From positions 1 to 43,691 of the forward strand of contig CAWHWQ010000006.1 of NCBI GenBank assembly GCA_963833095.1: a stretch of 43,691 nucleotides of DNA, given 5' to 3'. Of this stretch, positions 1 through 8,551 are shown piece after piece. The position numbers were made by a program, and so were the translations under genes. Position 1 is the first letter of the stretch. Each line of letters begins with the position of its first letter. Under the pieces are notes generated by a model. It did no database searches and was not told the origin of the DNA. It was given only the letters and a program-made list of their open reading frames with translations. The DNA is from Vulcanimicrobiota bacterium (GTDB taxonomy: Bacteria > Vulcanimicrobiota > Vulcanimicrobiia > Vulcanimicrobiales > Vulcanimicrobiaceae).

Positions 1-2
1 GA

Positions 3-830
3 TTGCTCTTCTTTCTGATCGGCGTCGCTACGCGCGGGAATGTCCAATTGCTGCAGTATGGCACGCTTACGGTCATGGTGATTCCGTTTGGGCTCGCGTA
101 CGTCATCTTGCGACATCGCGTGCTCGACATCGGCTTCGTCATCAATCGCGCCGTCGTCTATGCCGGTGTCTCGATCATCGTGGTCGTCACATTCATCATC
201 TTCGAATGGCTCGTCGGCCACGTGGTGGAGACGAACAGCCGCACCTCGGCCATTTTGCAACTCGGTGCAGCACTCGTGCTCGGCCTCTCGATTCGCCCGA
301 TTCACAACCGCGTCGATCGGTGGGTCGACGACCTCTTCTTCAGCGAACGCCACGCCGCCGAAGCCGCGGTGCGCAAGTTCGCGCACGAAGCGTTGCTCAT
401 CACGGCACAAAGCGATCTCATCGCCAAGACCGTTGACGTCGCGCAGCGCAACATGCATTTGCTCGGGTGCGCGTTCTACACCGCCCGCGACGGCCGGTAC
501 GTGCCCTTAAAATCGACCTTCGACGTGGGCCCATCGGTGAGCGAAAACGACTACGCGGTCCTCGCCATGCGTACGTGGCACGCGCCGGTCGAATTGCACG
601 GCCTCGAGACCCAGCTTCCGGGCGAGCTCGCGCTGCCGATGACGGTCCGTGGGAAGCTCGCCGGCTTCTTGCTCTGCGGCGATAAAAGTAGCCATGAGGC
701 CTTTGCACCCGACGAGCGCGAGGCGCTTGCGCTGCTGGCCCGCGATGCCGGAATCGCGCTCGATTCGCTGCGAATCAACGCGCTCGAGCGGGCGGCCGGC
801 GCAACCGGCGGGGGCGAGGTCGCGTTGTAG
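3..830 (+). CDS. Membrane protein with C-terminal GAF-like domain (5' end probably outside window)
   Basis: Several hydrophobic helices including 'ILRHRVLDIGFVINRAVVY', then a GAF-like segment 'LALPMTVRGKLAGFLLCG...FAPDEREALALLA'. The frame is open at the window edge. Confidence 0.7.
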   Translation: MLFFLIGVATRGNVQLLQYGTLTVMVIPFGLAYVILRHRVLDIGFVINRAVVYAGVSIIVVVTFIIFEWLVGHVVETNSRTSAILQLGAALVLGLSIRPIHNRVDRWVDDLFFSERHAAEAAVRKFAHEALLITAQSDLIAKTVDVAQRNMHLLGCAFYTARDGRYVPLKSTFDVGPSVSENDYAVLAMRTWHAPVELHGLETQLPGELALPMTVRGKLAGFLLCGDKSSHEAFAPDEREALALLARDAGIALDSLRINALERAAGATGGGEVAL

Positions 831-833
831 CCA

Positions 834-1253
834 ATGATCATGATCATGAACGAGCAGCGTTTTACCCCTGAGATGACCGTCGACCAGGCCTTCCAAGTGC
901 ACGCCGGCGCGCGTCGTGTGTTTGCGCGCTTCCATTTGGGCGGGTGTTCGAACTGCGCGATTAGTGAGACGCACACGATCGGTGCGGTCAGCGAAGACTA
1001 CGGTATCCCGCTGCCGATGCTGCTCGACAGCCTCAATGCGCTTTTCGACCAGGGTTCGCTTACGATCGGCGACAAGGTGCGCATTCCCGACGAGATTCGC
1101 AACAAGATTCCGCAACTTGCGAATGTCCCGGAGATCGGCGAAATCACCGGCTCGGAAAGCGGCGCCTATACCGCCGAGTTCGGCGACGTGCGGCTGCAAG
1201 GGCTGGCCGAGGATTTTATCCCGGTCGAAGCCACCGCGACCAAAGTGAGCTAA
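834..1253 (+). CDS. DUF1858 / hybrid-cluster-associated redox disulfide domain protein with a small C-terminal beta domain
   Basis: 'FTPEMTV...ARRVFARFHLGGCSNCAISETHTI...YGIPL..LLDSLN' fits the DUF1858 CxxC pattern. True start may be the ATG at 840 or 846. Confidence 0.7.
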   Translation: MIMIMNEQRFTPEMTVDQAFQVHAGARRVFARFHLGGCSNCAISETHTIGAVSEDYGIPLPMLLDSLNALFDQGSLTIGDKVRIPDEIRNKIPQLANVPEIGEITGSESGAYTAEFGDVRLQGLAEDFIPVEATATKVS

Positions 1254-1336
1254 GAAAGTTTGGTTTTGGTTGAGCCTAGGCGCCGACAGACGAAGTGGTC
1301 TATGGACCATGAGTCTGTTCGCAACGACAGCTCAGC

Positions 1337-1738
1337 CTAAAGCAGCTTTCTTTCTTCGAAGCCTTCGTCGAGCGCGTGCCAGTGTGACACGCGCTTTTCT
1401 CCAGCTTTCCAGCAGAGGTACATTGGCTCGCCACGGCGCGTCGAAGGGAAATCGATCAGGCCAAGGTCGATGTCCTTGACGATGCAGCCAAACGATTCAA
1501 TGCGATGGATCAATCGGACGATTTCGCTCTTGAGCTCGCCAAAGCGCGGCGTGGGAAAGGGCGAACGCAGTCCAGCTAGTCGCGTGGTTCGAATCGACGG
1601 CGGCGGCACCGCCCGAAGCGCTGGATCGGTCTCGAGAAGTTTGATCGCAAGGTCGCGCCGCTTGGTCAGGAGTTCTTCGATCAACGGCGTGAGCTTGGGG
1701 ATGAGGGCGTTGGCCTTCTCGGGCGAAAAGAACTTCAT
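1337..1738 (-). CDS. DUF2203 family protein
   Basis: 'MKFFSPEKANALIP...GCIVKDIDLGLIDFPS...YLCWKAGE..VSHWH.LDEGFEERKLL' is the DUF2203 signature. Start is the internal ATG at 1738 of the 285-aa ORF. Confidence 0.85.
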   Translation of the reverse strand: MKFFSPEKANALIPKLTPLIEELLTKRRDLAIKLLETDPALRAVPPPSIRTTRLAGLRSPFPTPRFGELKSEIVRLIHRIESFGCIVKDIDLGLIDFPSTRRGEPMYLCWKAGEKRVSHWHALDEGFEERKLL

Positions 1739-1765
1739 GCGGCTGCAACCCTCCCTCTGCCGGCC

Positions 1766-2620
1766 ATGAGCGCGGCGCGAATCGTCTTCGTCACCGGGCT
1801 CTCCGGTGCCGGGAAGAGCCAGGCGATCAAGACCTTTGAGGACTTGGGCTTTTACTGCGTCGAACACCTGCCGCCGGCCGCGCTCGATGCAACGCTGAGA
1901 GTCCTCGACGCCGGGCGCGTCGGCGACATCGCCATCACTCTTCAAGAACACGGTGACGCCCTGCTCGGTGACGCCCTCGCGACGATCGAAACGACCGCTC
2001 GCACGCGACCCGTCGACGTGCTTTACCTCGAAGCCCGCAACGATGCGTTGGTGCGCCGCTTCAGCGAGACGCGCCGGCGCCATCCGTTCGAATCGTACGG
2101 GTCGCTGCGCGAAGCGATCGCCGCCGAACGCGAAGCGCTTTTGCCGCTGCGTGAGCGGGCAACGATGACGATCGACACGACGGCACTCAATCACGCAAGC
2201 CTCAAAGAACGCCTAGCCGCTGCATTCGCTCCCAACGAGCTCGCGCTTCTCACCGTGACGATCGTGCCGTTCGGATTTAAGTACGGCGTGCCACTCGATC
2301 TCGATCTCCTCTTCGACGTGCGCTTTCTCAAAAATCCCAACTACGACGACGATCTGCGTCCGTTGACCGGCGAAGATGAGGCAGTCGTAAAATTCATCGA
2401 GGCCGACCCGGCATGCGCCCCGTTTGTGGCGAAGTTGTTCGACATGATCGACTTTCTCGTTCCGCGCTACATCGCTGAAGGCAAGGCGCGCGTGACCGTC
2501 GGTATCGGCTGCACGGGCGGGCGGCACCGGTCGGTCTACGTCGCCGCCCTGCTGTATCGTCACCTCGCGGCCGACCCGCGCCTCGCGCTGACCGTCGATC
2601 CGCGCGACCTGCGGAGATAG
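1766..2620 (+). CDS. rapZ: RNase adapter protein RapZ/YvcJ (P-loop)
   Basis: 'VTGLSGAGKS', 'RRFSETRRRHP', 'FGFKYG', 'FDVRFL.NP', 'GCTGGRHRSV'. Confidence 0.95.
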   Translation: MSAARIVFVTGLSGAGKSQAIKTFEDLGFYCVEHLPPAALDATLRVLDAGRVGDIAITLQEHGDALLGDALATIETTARTRPVDVLYLEARNDALVRRFSETRRRHPFESYGSLREAIAAEREALLPLRERATMTIDTTALNHASLKERLAAAFAPNELALLTVTIVPFGFKYGVPLDLDLLFDVRFLKNPNYDDDLRPLTGEDEAVVKFIEADPACAPFVAKLFDMIDFLVPRYIAEGKARVTVGIGCTGGRHRSVYVAALLYRHLAADPRLALTVDPRDLRR

Positions 2621-2621
2621 C

Positions 2622-3971
2622 GTGGGCCGCCGAATCGTCGCGCCGCTCAAGTGGCTCTTGCCTGGCCTCGGGATCAAGCGCTGGCTCGTTCTCCTGGTGT
2701 TCGGCGTCGCGCTCTTGATCGATGGCATCTATCGCCTGCAAGTCTCCGAAGGCAACAGCTTTCGCATCAACGAGAACATCGACGCGTTTGTCGACGACTA
2801 TTTCTCGCCGTCGTACCTCACCTGGATTTTCATCGCAAGCGGTGTGCTCGGCATCGTGTACGCAATGAGCAGGTGGCTGAGCTCGCTAACGCGCGCCACG
2901 CGAGCCGGCGAGCACGGGCTCCTCGACTCTTTACTCGTGCGACGCCTCGAACAAGGCTACAAGATCGTCGCGATCGGCGGCGGGACGGGGCTTTCAACGC
3001 TCCTTCGCGGACTCAAGCGCCGCACGACCAACCTGACCGCAGTCGTTACCGTTAGCGACGACGGTGGGTCGTCGGGCCGTTTGCAAAAAGAGCTTGGCGT
3101 GCTTCCGCCCGGCGACGTGCGCAACTGTCTGGTTGCACTTGCCGACGACGAAGCGCTCGTTACCGATCTCTTTCGCTACCGGTTCGAAGAAGGCGAGGGC
3201 CTGAGCGGGCACTCGTTCGGCAACCTCTTCCTCGCAGCGATGAGCGGCATTACCGGTAACTTCGACGTCGCGATCAAAGAATCGAGTCGCGTGCTCAACA
3301 TCGTTGGTCGCGTGCTTCCCACGACGCTGTCGGTCGTGCAACTCTGCGCCGAACTGGACGACGGCACAATCGTCGAAGGCGAATCGAACATCCCGCAGGC
3401 TCGGGGCAAGATCAAGCGCGTCTTCTTCGACCCGCCGACCGCCGAGCCGCTCGATGAGGTGATCGACGCCATTCGCAGCGCGGACGCGATTGTGCTCGGT
3501 CCGGGCTCGCTCTTTACGTCAATTCTTCCAAACTTCTTGGTCGATCGCATCACCAGCGAAGTTGCGCACGCAAGCGCCGTAAAGGTGTATGTCTGCAACG
3601 TGATGACGCAACCCGGCGAAACCGATCACATGACCGCATCCGAGCACGTTGAGGCGCTCTTCCGCGACGCCGGTGCCCGCGTGTGCGACTACGTGATCGT
3701 CAACGACGAGCCGCCGCACAAACTTCTTGGAACGTATCTCGAAGAGCAGCAAGAACCGGTCGCGCCGGACGTCGAGCGCATCGAAGCGCTTGGCCTGGTC
3801 GCCGTGCGCGAGCAAATGATCAGTGAAAACGTGACGGTGCGTCACGATCCGGAAAAATTGGCGGATACGGTCATCGGTGTCATCGACCGCGCCGTCGCCG
3901 AGCGCGCGACGTTCGTGAGACCGGCGAGCGCGTATGCTAAGGCGTCGTCGGCTGCTGCATTGCGACGTTGA
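2622..3971 (+). CDS. yvcK: YvcK/GlmR (gluconeogenesis factor, CofD-related) with N-terminal membrane extension
   Basis: 'IGGGTGLS', 'DDGGSSGRL', 'PPGDVRNCL', 'GHSFGNL', 'GPGSLFTS', 'NVMTQPGET'; follows rapZ. Two N-terminal TM helices after 'KWLLPGLGIKRW'. Confidence 0.93.
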   Translation: MGRRIVAPLKWLLPGLGIKRWLVLLVFGVALLIDGIYRLQVSEGNSFRINENIDAFVDDYFSPSYLTWIFIASGVLGIVYAMSRWLSSLTRATRAGEHGLLDSLLVRRLEQGYKIVAIGGGTGLSTLLRGLKRRTTNLTAVVTVSDDGGSSGRLQKELGVLPPGDVRNCLVALADDEALVTDLFRYRFEEGEGLSGHSFGNLFLAAMSGITGNFDVAIKESSRVLNIVGRVLPTTLSVVQLCAELDDGTIVEGESNIPQARGKIKRVFFDPPTAEPLDEVIDAIRSADAIVLGPGSLFTSILPNFLVDRITSEVAHASAVKVYVCNVMTQPGETDHMTASEHVEALFRDAGARVCDYVIVNDEPPHKLLGTYLEEQQEPVAPDVERIEALGLVAVREQMISENVTVRHDPEKLADTVIGVIDRAVAERATFVRPASAYAKASSAAALRR

Positions 3972-4284
3972 GCTGGAACGTCTTCCCGGGTTCGGCGTCA
4001 ACGGTCGCGGTAATATCAGTGTAGCCTTTGGCCTTTACCACGTAGTCGAGGATTCCGCTAGGAACCTTCGCGATCGTGAACTTTCCGTTCGCGTCGGTGG
4101 TCGTTGTGAGAACCGTATCGACGATGATCAGGGCGCCAGCGATCGGTTGATGCGTAACTGAATCGGTTATAATGCCGCTCACCGGCGCATACTGCGCGGC
4201 CGGCGGTAGGTCGCCGTTGTCGCACGCACTGAGCGTCAGGGCTGCAAATACAAGCATCGCGAGAGCACGAACGGCCTTCGTCAT
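3937..4284 (-). CDS. Lipoprotein with carboxypeptidase-regulatory-like (CnaB-type) domain
   Basis: Lipobox 'LSAC'; 'VSGIITDSVTHQPIAGALI...TTTTDANGKFTIAKVPSG...VKAKGY'. Confidence 0.8.
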   Translation of the reverse strand: MTKAVRALAMLVFAALTLSACDNGDLPPAAQYAPVSGIITDSVTHQPIAGALIIVDTVLTTTTDANGKFTIAKVPSGILDYVVKAKGYTDITATVDAEPGKTFQLNVAMQQPTTP

Positions 4285-4340
4285 ACGAGCGAACCTTCGC
4301 GCGGGAGGCCCGTACTCCCCGGTTGCGGAAGCGCAAGCCC

Positions 4341-5744
4341 ATGTCTATGACCGCCCCCTCTCACTCGGCGACCGGCCCGATCTACTGCGACACCGCGCTC
4401 GACGCAATCGGCAACACGCCACTCGTCAAGCTGAACAAGGTGACCGATGGGGCCGAATGCCTCGTCCTGGCCAAAGTCGAGTACGTGAATCCGGGAGGCA
4501 GCGTCAAGGATCGTCCGGCCGTCGCGATGCTCGAAGAGGCCGAGCGCTCGGGACTGCTCAAGCCTGGCGGAACGATCGTCGAGCCGACGAGCGGCAATAC
4601 GGGCTCGGGCTTGGCGATGGCGGCGGCCATCCGCGGCTACCGTTGCATTCTGGTTATGCCCGACAAGATGGCCAAAGAGAAAATCGATCTGCTCAAAGCG
4701 TACGGTGCAGACGTCGTAGTGACACCAAGCAACGTCCCCAACGATTCGGCGGAGTCGTACTACGGCGTTGCCAATCGGCTCGCGTCCGAGATCCCGGGCG
4801 CGTTTCAGCCCAATCAATTTCACAATCATCACAATCCCGAGGCGCACTACCATACAACGGGCCCCGAGATTTGGCGTGACACACGCGGCACGATCACGCA
4901 TTTCGTGGCGGGCATCGGTACCGGCGGCACGATCTCGGGCACCGCGCGCTACTTAAAGGATCAAAATCCCAAGATTCACGTGGTCGGTGCTGATCCGGAG
5001 GGGTCGATCTACTCCGGCGACACGCCGCGCTCGTATGCGGTGGAAGGCATCGGCATGAGCTATCTTCCCGAAACCGTCGACCTCAAGGTCATCGACGAAA
5101 TGGTCCGGGTTTCGGATCGCGAGTCGTTCTTGATGGCACGGCGCATCACGCGCGAAGAGGGACTTTTGGTGGGCGGATCGTCGGGCACTGCGGCGGTCGC
5201 GGCAGTAAAGCTCGCTAAGACGCTTCCTAAGGAAGCGATCGTCGTCGTGCTGTTCCCTGACTCAGGGCGCGGTTACATGTCGAAAATCTTCAACGACGAG
5301 TGGATGATCGCAAACGGATTTCTCTCCGAGGGCAAGCGTAAAGCAACGGTGGGTGACGTGCTGCGCGGAAAGACGCCGCTGCCGCCGATGATTACGGTCA
5401 AACCCGACGACACCGTGAGAACCGCCCTCGATCTGCTGCGCAAGTATGAAATCTCACAGTTGCCCGTTATGAATGGGCACGATATCGTCGGCAGCGTCAA
5501 CGACGTAGGCGTCATGCAAGCGGTCTTCGATCAGTCGGACATCTTGCACAAACCGGTGAGCGAAGTGATGGGTAGGCCCTTCCCCTCGCTCGAGCAGCAC
5601 GAGGAAATCGACCGTGCCTACAAGCTGCTCACGCTCGCGAATCCGGCGGTCGTCATCACCGACGACGGCGAGCCCATCGGCGTGCTCGCGCGCCAAGATA
5701 TTATCAGCTTCCTCTCCACGAGCAGCGTGCTCGAGACGAAGTAG
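4341..5744 (+). CDS. cbs: Cystathionine beta-synthase with C-terminal CBS domain pair
   Basis: 'IGNTPLVKL', PLP-lysine motif 'NPGGSVKDR', 'EPTSGNTG', 'GIGTGGT', 'PDSGRGY', then two CBS repeats. Start is the ATG at 4341 or 4347. Confidence 0.92.
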   Translation: MSMTAPSHSATGPIYCDTALDAIGNTPLVKLNKVTDGAECLVLAKVEYVNPGGSVKDRPAVAMLEEAERSGLLKPGGTIVEPTSGNTGSGLAMAAAIRGYRCILVMPDKMAKEKIDLLKAYGADVVVTPSNVPNDSAESYYGVANRLASEIPGAFQPNQFHNHHNPEAHYHTTGPEIWRDTRGTITHFVAGIGTGGTISGTARYLKDQNPKIHVVGADPEGSIYSGDTPRSYAVEGIGMSYLPETVDLKVIDEMVRVSDRESFLMARRITREEGLLVGGSSGTAAVAAVKLAKTLPKEAIVVVLFPDSGRGYMSKIFNDEWMIANGFLSEGKRKATVGDVLRGKTPLPPMITVKPDDTVRTALDLLRKYEISQLPVMNGHDIVGSVNDVGVMQAVFDQSDILHKPVSEVMGRPFPSLEQHEEIDRAYKLLTLANPAVVITDDGEPIGVLARQDIISFLSTSSVLETK

Positions 5745-5746
5745 CG

Positions 5747-6928
5747 ATGAAATTTTCCACTCGGGCCATCCACGTCGGGCAGGAAGCCGATCCGACGACG
5801 GGCGCGACCATCGTGCCGGTCTATCAAACCTCGACCTACACGCAAGATGCGGTTGGCGAGCACAAGGGCTTCGACTATTCGCGCACGATCAATCCCACGC
5901 GGCTCGCGCTCGAGAAACAACTCGCGTCGCTCGAAGGCGGCGCGCACGGCTACGCTTTCGCAAGCGGCATGGCGGCAACCGCGGCGGTGCTCAATCTACT
6001 CTCGGCCGGGGACCATGCCGTGGTCACCGACGACCTCTACGGTGGCACCTATCGCCTCTTCTCGCGCGTGCTCAACCGTTACGGACTCGAATTCACCTAC
6101 GTCGATATGAGCGACGTCGACGCCGTGCGCGCCGCCATGCGGCCCAACACCAAGCTCTTCTGGCTCGAAACGCCCACCAATCCGCTGCTCAAACTGATTG
6201 ACATTAAAGCCCTTCGACACGCGGCTGACGCTTCTCAGGGTGACTCAATAATTTTGGCCGTTGACAATACGTTCGCGACGCCGTATTTCCAGCAGCCGCT
6301 CGCGCTCGGCGCAGACGTCGTGGTGCACTCGACGACCAAATACATTGGCGGTCACTCCGACGTCATCGGCGGTGTCGCGATCACAAATGACGATGCCATC
6401 GCCGACGTCATTAAGTTCCATCAGAATGCGGTCGGCGGCGTCCCGGGCCCGCACGACGCCTGGCTCACAATGCGCGGTGCAAAGACGCTCGCGTTGCGGA
6501 TGCAGGCGCATGCGCGCAACGCTCAGGCGGTCGCGGAGTTTCTCGAAGCCCATTCCGAAGTCGATCGCGTGTACTATCCCGGCCTGCCGTCGCATCCCCA
6601 GCACGCGCTAGCCAAGCGCCAGATGAGCGGCTTCGGCGGCATGGTTTCGTTTGTGCTCAAGGGCCCGCAATCGCGCGCGCTCGATTTCGCGCACCGCTTG
6701 CAGTATTTCAGTTTAGCCGAGAGCCTGGGCGGCGTCGAATCGCTGATCTGTCACCCGGCGCGCATGACGCACGGATCGATTCCAAAAGAGGACCGCGAAC
6801 GGCGCGGTGTGACCGACGGTCTGTTACGTCTCTCCGTCGGGATCGAGGATATCGAGGATCTGCTTGACGATCTGCGCTCGGCGCTATTGATCTCGGCCGA
6901 CCGGGTAGCGAACGGCGCTCACGTCTGA
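5747..6928 (+). CDS. metB: Cystathionine gamma-lyase/gamma-synthase (Cys/Met metabolism PLP enzyme); lyase role likely given coupling to cbs
   Basis: 'YSRTINPT', 'FASGMAA', 'ETPTNP', 'DNTFATP', 'HSTTKYIGGHSD', 'AESLGGVESL', 'RLSVGIED'. Confidence 0.9.
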   Translation: MKFSTRAIHVGQEADPTTGATIVPVYQTSTYTQDAVGEHKGFDYSRTINPTRLALEKQLASLEGGAHGYAFASGMAATAAVLNLLSAGDHAVVTDDLYGGTYRLFSRVLNRYGLEFTYVDMSDVDAVRAAMRPNTKLFWLETPTNPLLKLIDIKALRHAADASQGDSIILAVDNTFATPYFQQPLALGADVVVHSTTKYIGGHSDVIGGVAITNDDAIADVIKFHQNAVGGVPGPHDAWLTMRGAKTLALRMQAHARNAQAVAEFLEAHSEVDRVYYPGLPSHPQHALAKRQMSGFGGMVSFVLKGPQSRALDFAHRLQYFSLAESLGGVESLICHPARMTHGSIPKEDRERRGVTDGLLRLSVGIEDIEDLLDDLRSALLISADRVANGAHV

Positions 6929-7477
6929 GAGCGTTTGTCGCGCGGTAGCAGCGTCGATATCGTCGATTTTTGTCAGGAGTATAAGCGCGACGCCGCGCTG
7001 ACCATCGGTCCACAGCAGAATGTAGGCCTTTTGCACGCTGAAGCCTTCGCCCGCGGTCATCTCCATGAACACGGCGGGCATCCCGTTCTTTAACGTCGTG
7101 TTTTGCTTGTTCTTGAAAACCGCCGTCTGGAACGAATCGCGCAACTGCTGCTCGAGGACGCCATCAAAACCGGCGGCGTTGCCTTCGTAGTATTCTTGCT
7201 GAAGGGCGAGACGGCGCGGACGATCCCGATCCGGGTAGACCCACCCGGCAACGACTTGCGCATCATCACCAAGTTTGTCCACGCTGACCGGATGTTGACC
7301 GATCGAATAGTAGCCCTTGGGGGCGCGGAAGTGCATCGCAGGATCATTGTAGACCTGCGGATCGGGTGTGGGTCCTGCATCCGCTGTCGAAACCTGAGCG
7401 CGAAGCGACGCGGGCGTCGCCACGATCGCGAGGACCGCAACCAGAGCGATCAAGAGGAACAGGTAAGCGCGCTTCAT
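6884..7477 (-). CDS. Exported hypothetical protein (possibly PsbP/DcrB-like)
   Basis: Clear signal peptide 'MKRAYLFLLIALVAVLAIVATPASLRA'; start overlaps the esterase stop codon. Confidence 0.7.
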   Translation of the reverse strand: MKRAYLFLLIALVAVLAIVATPASLRAQVSTADAGPTPDPQVYNDPAMHFRAPKGYYSIGQHPVSVDKLGDDAQVVAGWVYPDRDRPRRLALQQEYYEGNAAGFDGVLEQQLRDSFQTAVFKNKQNTTLKNGMPAVFMEMTAGEGFSVQKAYILLWTDGQRGVALILLTKIDDIDAATARQTLSDVSAVRYPVGRDQ

Positions 7478-8511
7478 GGTTCCCTATCAAGGACGTCGGC
7501 CAAGGCCGGGAGTGAGATTTCGTACCGGTATCCCACGTTGCGATGATCGTCGTCGAACTCCTCGTGCCGCACCTTGAGGCCGAGCTCACGGATGCGCTGA
7601 GCTACGAGGCGAGCGCCGATGTCGAGCCCATACTCATCGCGTCGTCCACAATCGAGGTAGCGCAAGCGCAATCGCCGCAGCGCCGCATCGCTCTCGAGAA
7701 TGCGCTCGACCGGATCGAATGCGAGCCAGCGCGCGAAGATCTCCTCGCGCAGCTCGCCCGTTTGGAGATCGAACGGCAAGTCGAGATCGAACGCTTTTGC
7801 CGATCGCGGTGAATACGCAGCGGCATAGCCGAGCATTTCCATTGTGGAAAACTCCGGCGCAGAGCGCTTGTGCTTCTTCTCGAAAACCTCGACGAAGCTG
7901 GCGATAGAAAAGTCGTGTCGTTCCAGCGTACGTTGCACCGCCGGGAACGCGGGCGGATCCGCATACGCAAAGTACGAGTCGCCGCTATGCGAGGCGAATG
8001 CGGCAAAGATTCCGGGATGTTCCATGACTAGATGCATCGAGCCGAAACCACCCGAAGATTTTCCGAGGACGGCGCGGCCGCCTTCGCGCGCAATTGTACG
8101 ATACGACCTATCGACGTGCCCGACGACATCGCGCACCGTGTAGGTCGCATAGCTGCCGTTATGAATCGAATCGACGTATTGCGAACCTCCCAGACGCGTG
8201 AAGCCGTCGACGATCGCCAAGATCGCATGTGGCATGCGCCGCTCGCGAATGAGGCCATCGATCCATTGCACCACGTTGCGCTCGAACGGACGCGCCGAAA
8301 CCAGCGCCGCGGCATCACCGGTGTACCCGTGTAACACATAGAGCACGGGATACGCCCGCGAACCCTGCGGGTCGTAGCCGGGCGGCGTGTAGACGATCAC
8401 CGGTCGCTCGGAGGGGTCGCCTAAGGGATTGCCACGCAGCGCCTCGCTTGCGACGCGATCGAAATGCAACGACCCATGCAAACCCAACAATCGACCGTAG
8501 CCCGATTCCAT
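7474..8511 (-). CDS. Putative esterase (alpha/beta hydrolase, Fes-like)
   Basis: 'LRGNPLGDP..RPVIVYTPPGY', 'YPVLYVLHGY', nucleophile 'GKSSGG', 'DCG..DEY', 'DDDH'. Exact start uncertain (ATG at 8511 or 8523). Confidence 0.85.
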   Translation of the reverse strand: MESGYGRLLGLHGSLHFDRVASEALRGNPLGDPSERPVIVYTPPGYDPQGSRAYPVLYVLHGYTGDAAALVSARPFERNVVQWIDGLIRERRMPHAILAIVDGFTRLGGSQYVDSIHNGSYATYTVRDVVGHVDRSYRTIAREGGRAVLGKSSGGFGSMHLVMEHPGIFAAFASHSGDSYFAYADPPAFPAVQRTLERHDFSIASFVEVFEKKHKRSAPEFSTMEMLGYAAAYSPRSAKAFDLDLPFDLQTGELREEIFARWLAFDPVERILESDAALRRLRLRYLDCGRRDEYGLDIGARLVAQRIRELGLKVRHEEFDDDHRNVGYRYEISLPALADVLDREP

Positions 8512-8551
8512 CGCAAGGGGCATTGCGTGCGCGGACCCAACTCCCTGCGCC

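Noticed and set aside
1337..2194. 285-aa minus-strand ORF and many other long antisense ORFs (e.g. 507-1310, 8603-9517, 25069-25935, 29915-30853, 38083-39105)
   Set aside because: These are shadow frames of recognisable genes in GC-rich DNA. Only the last 133 aa of the 1337-2194 ORF (DUF2203) look real.
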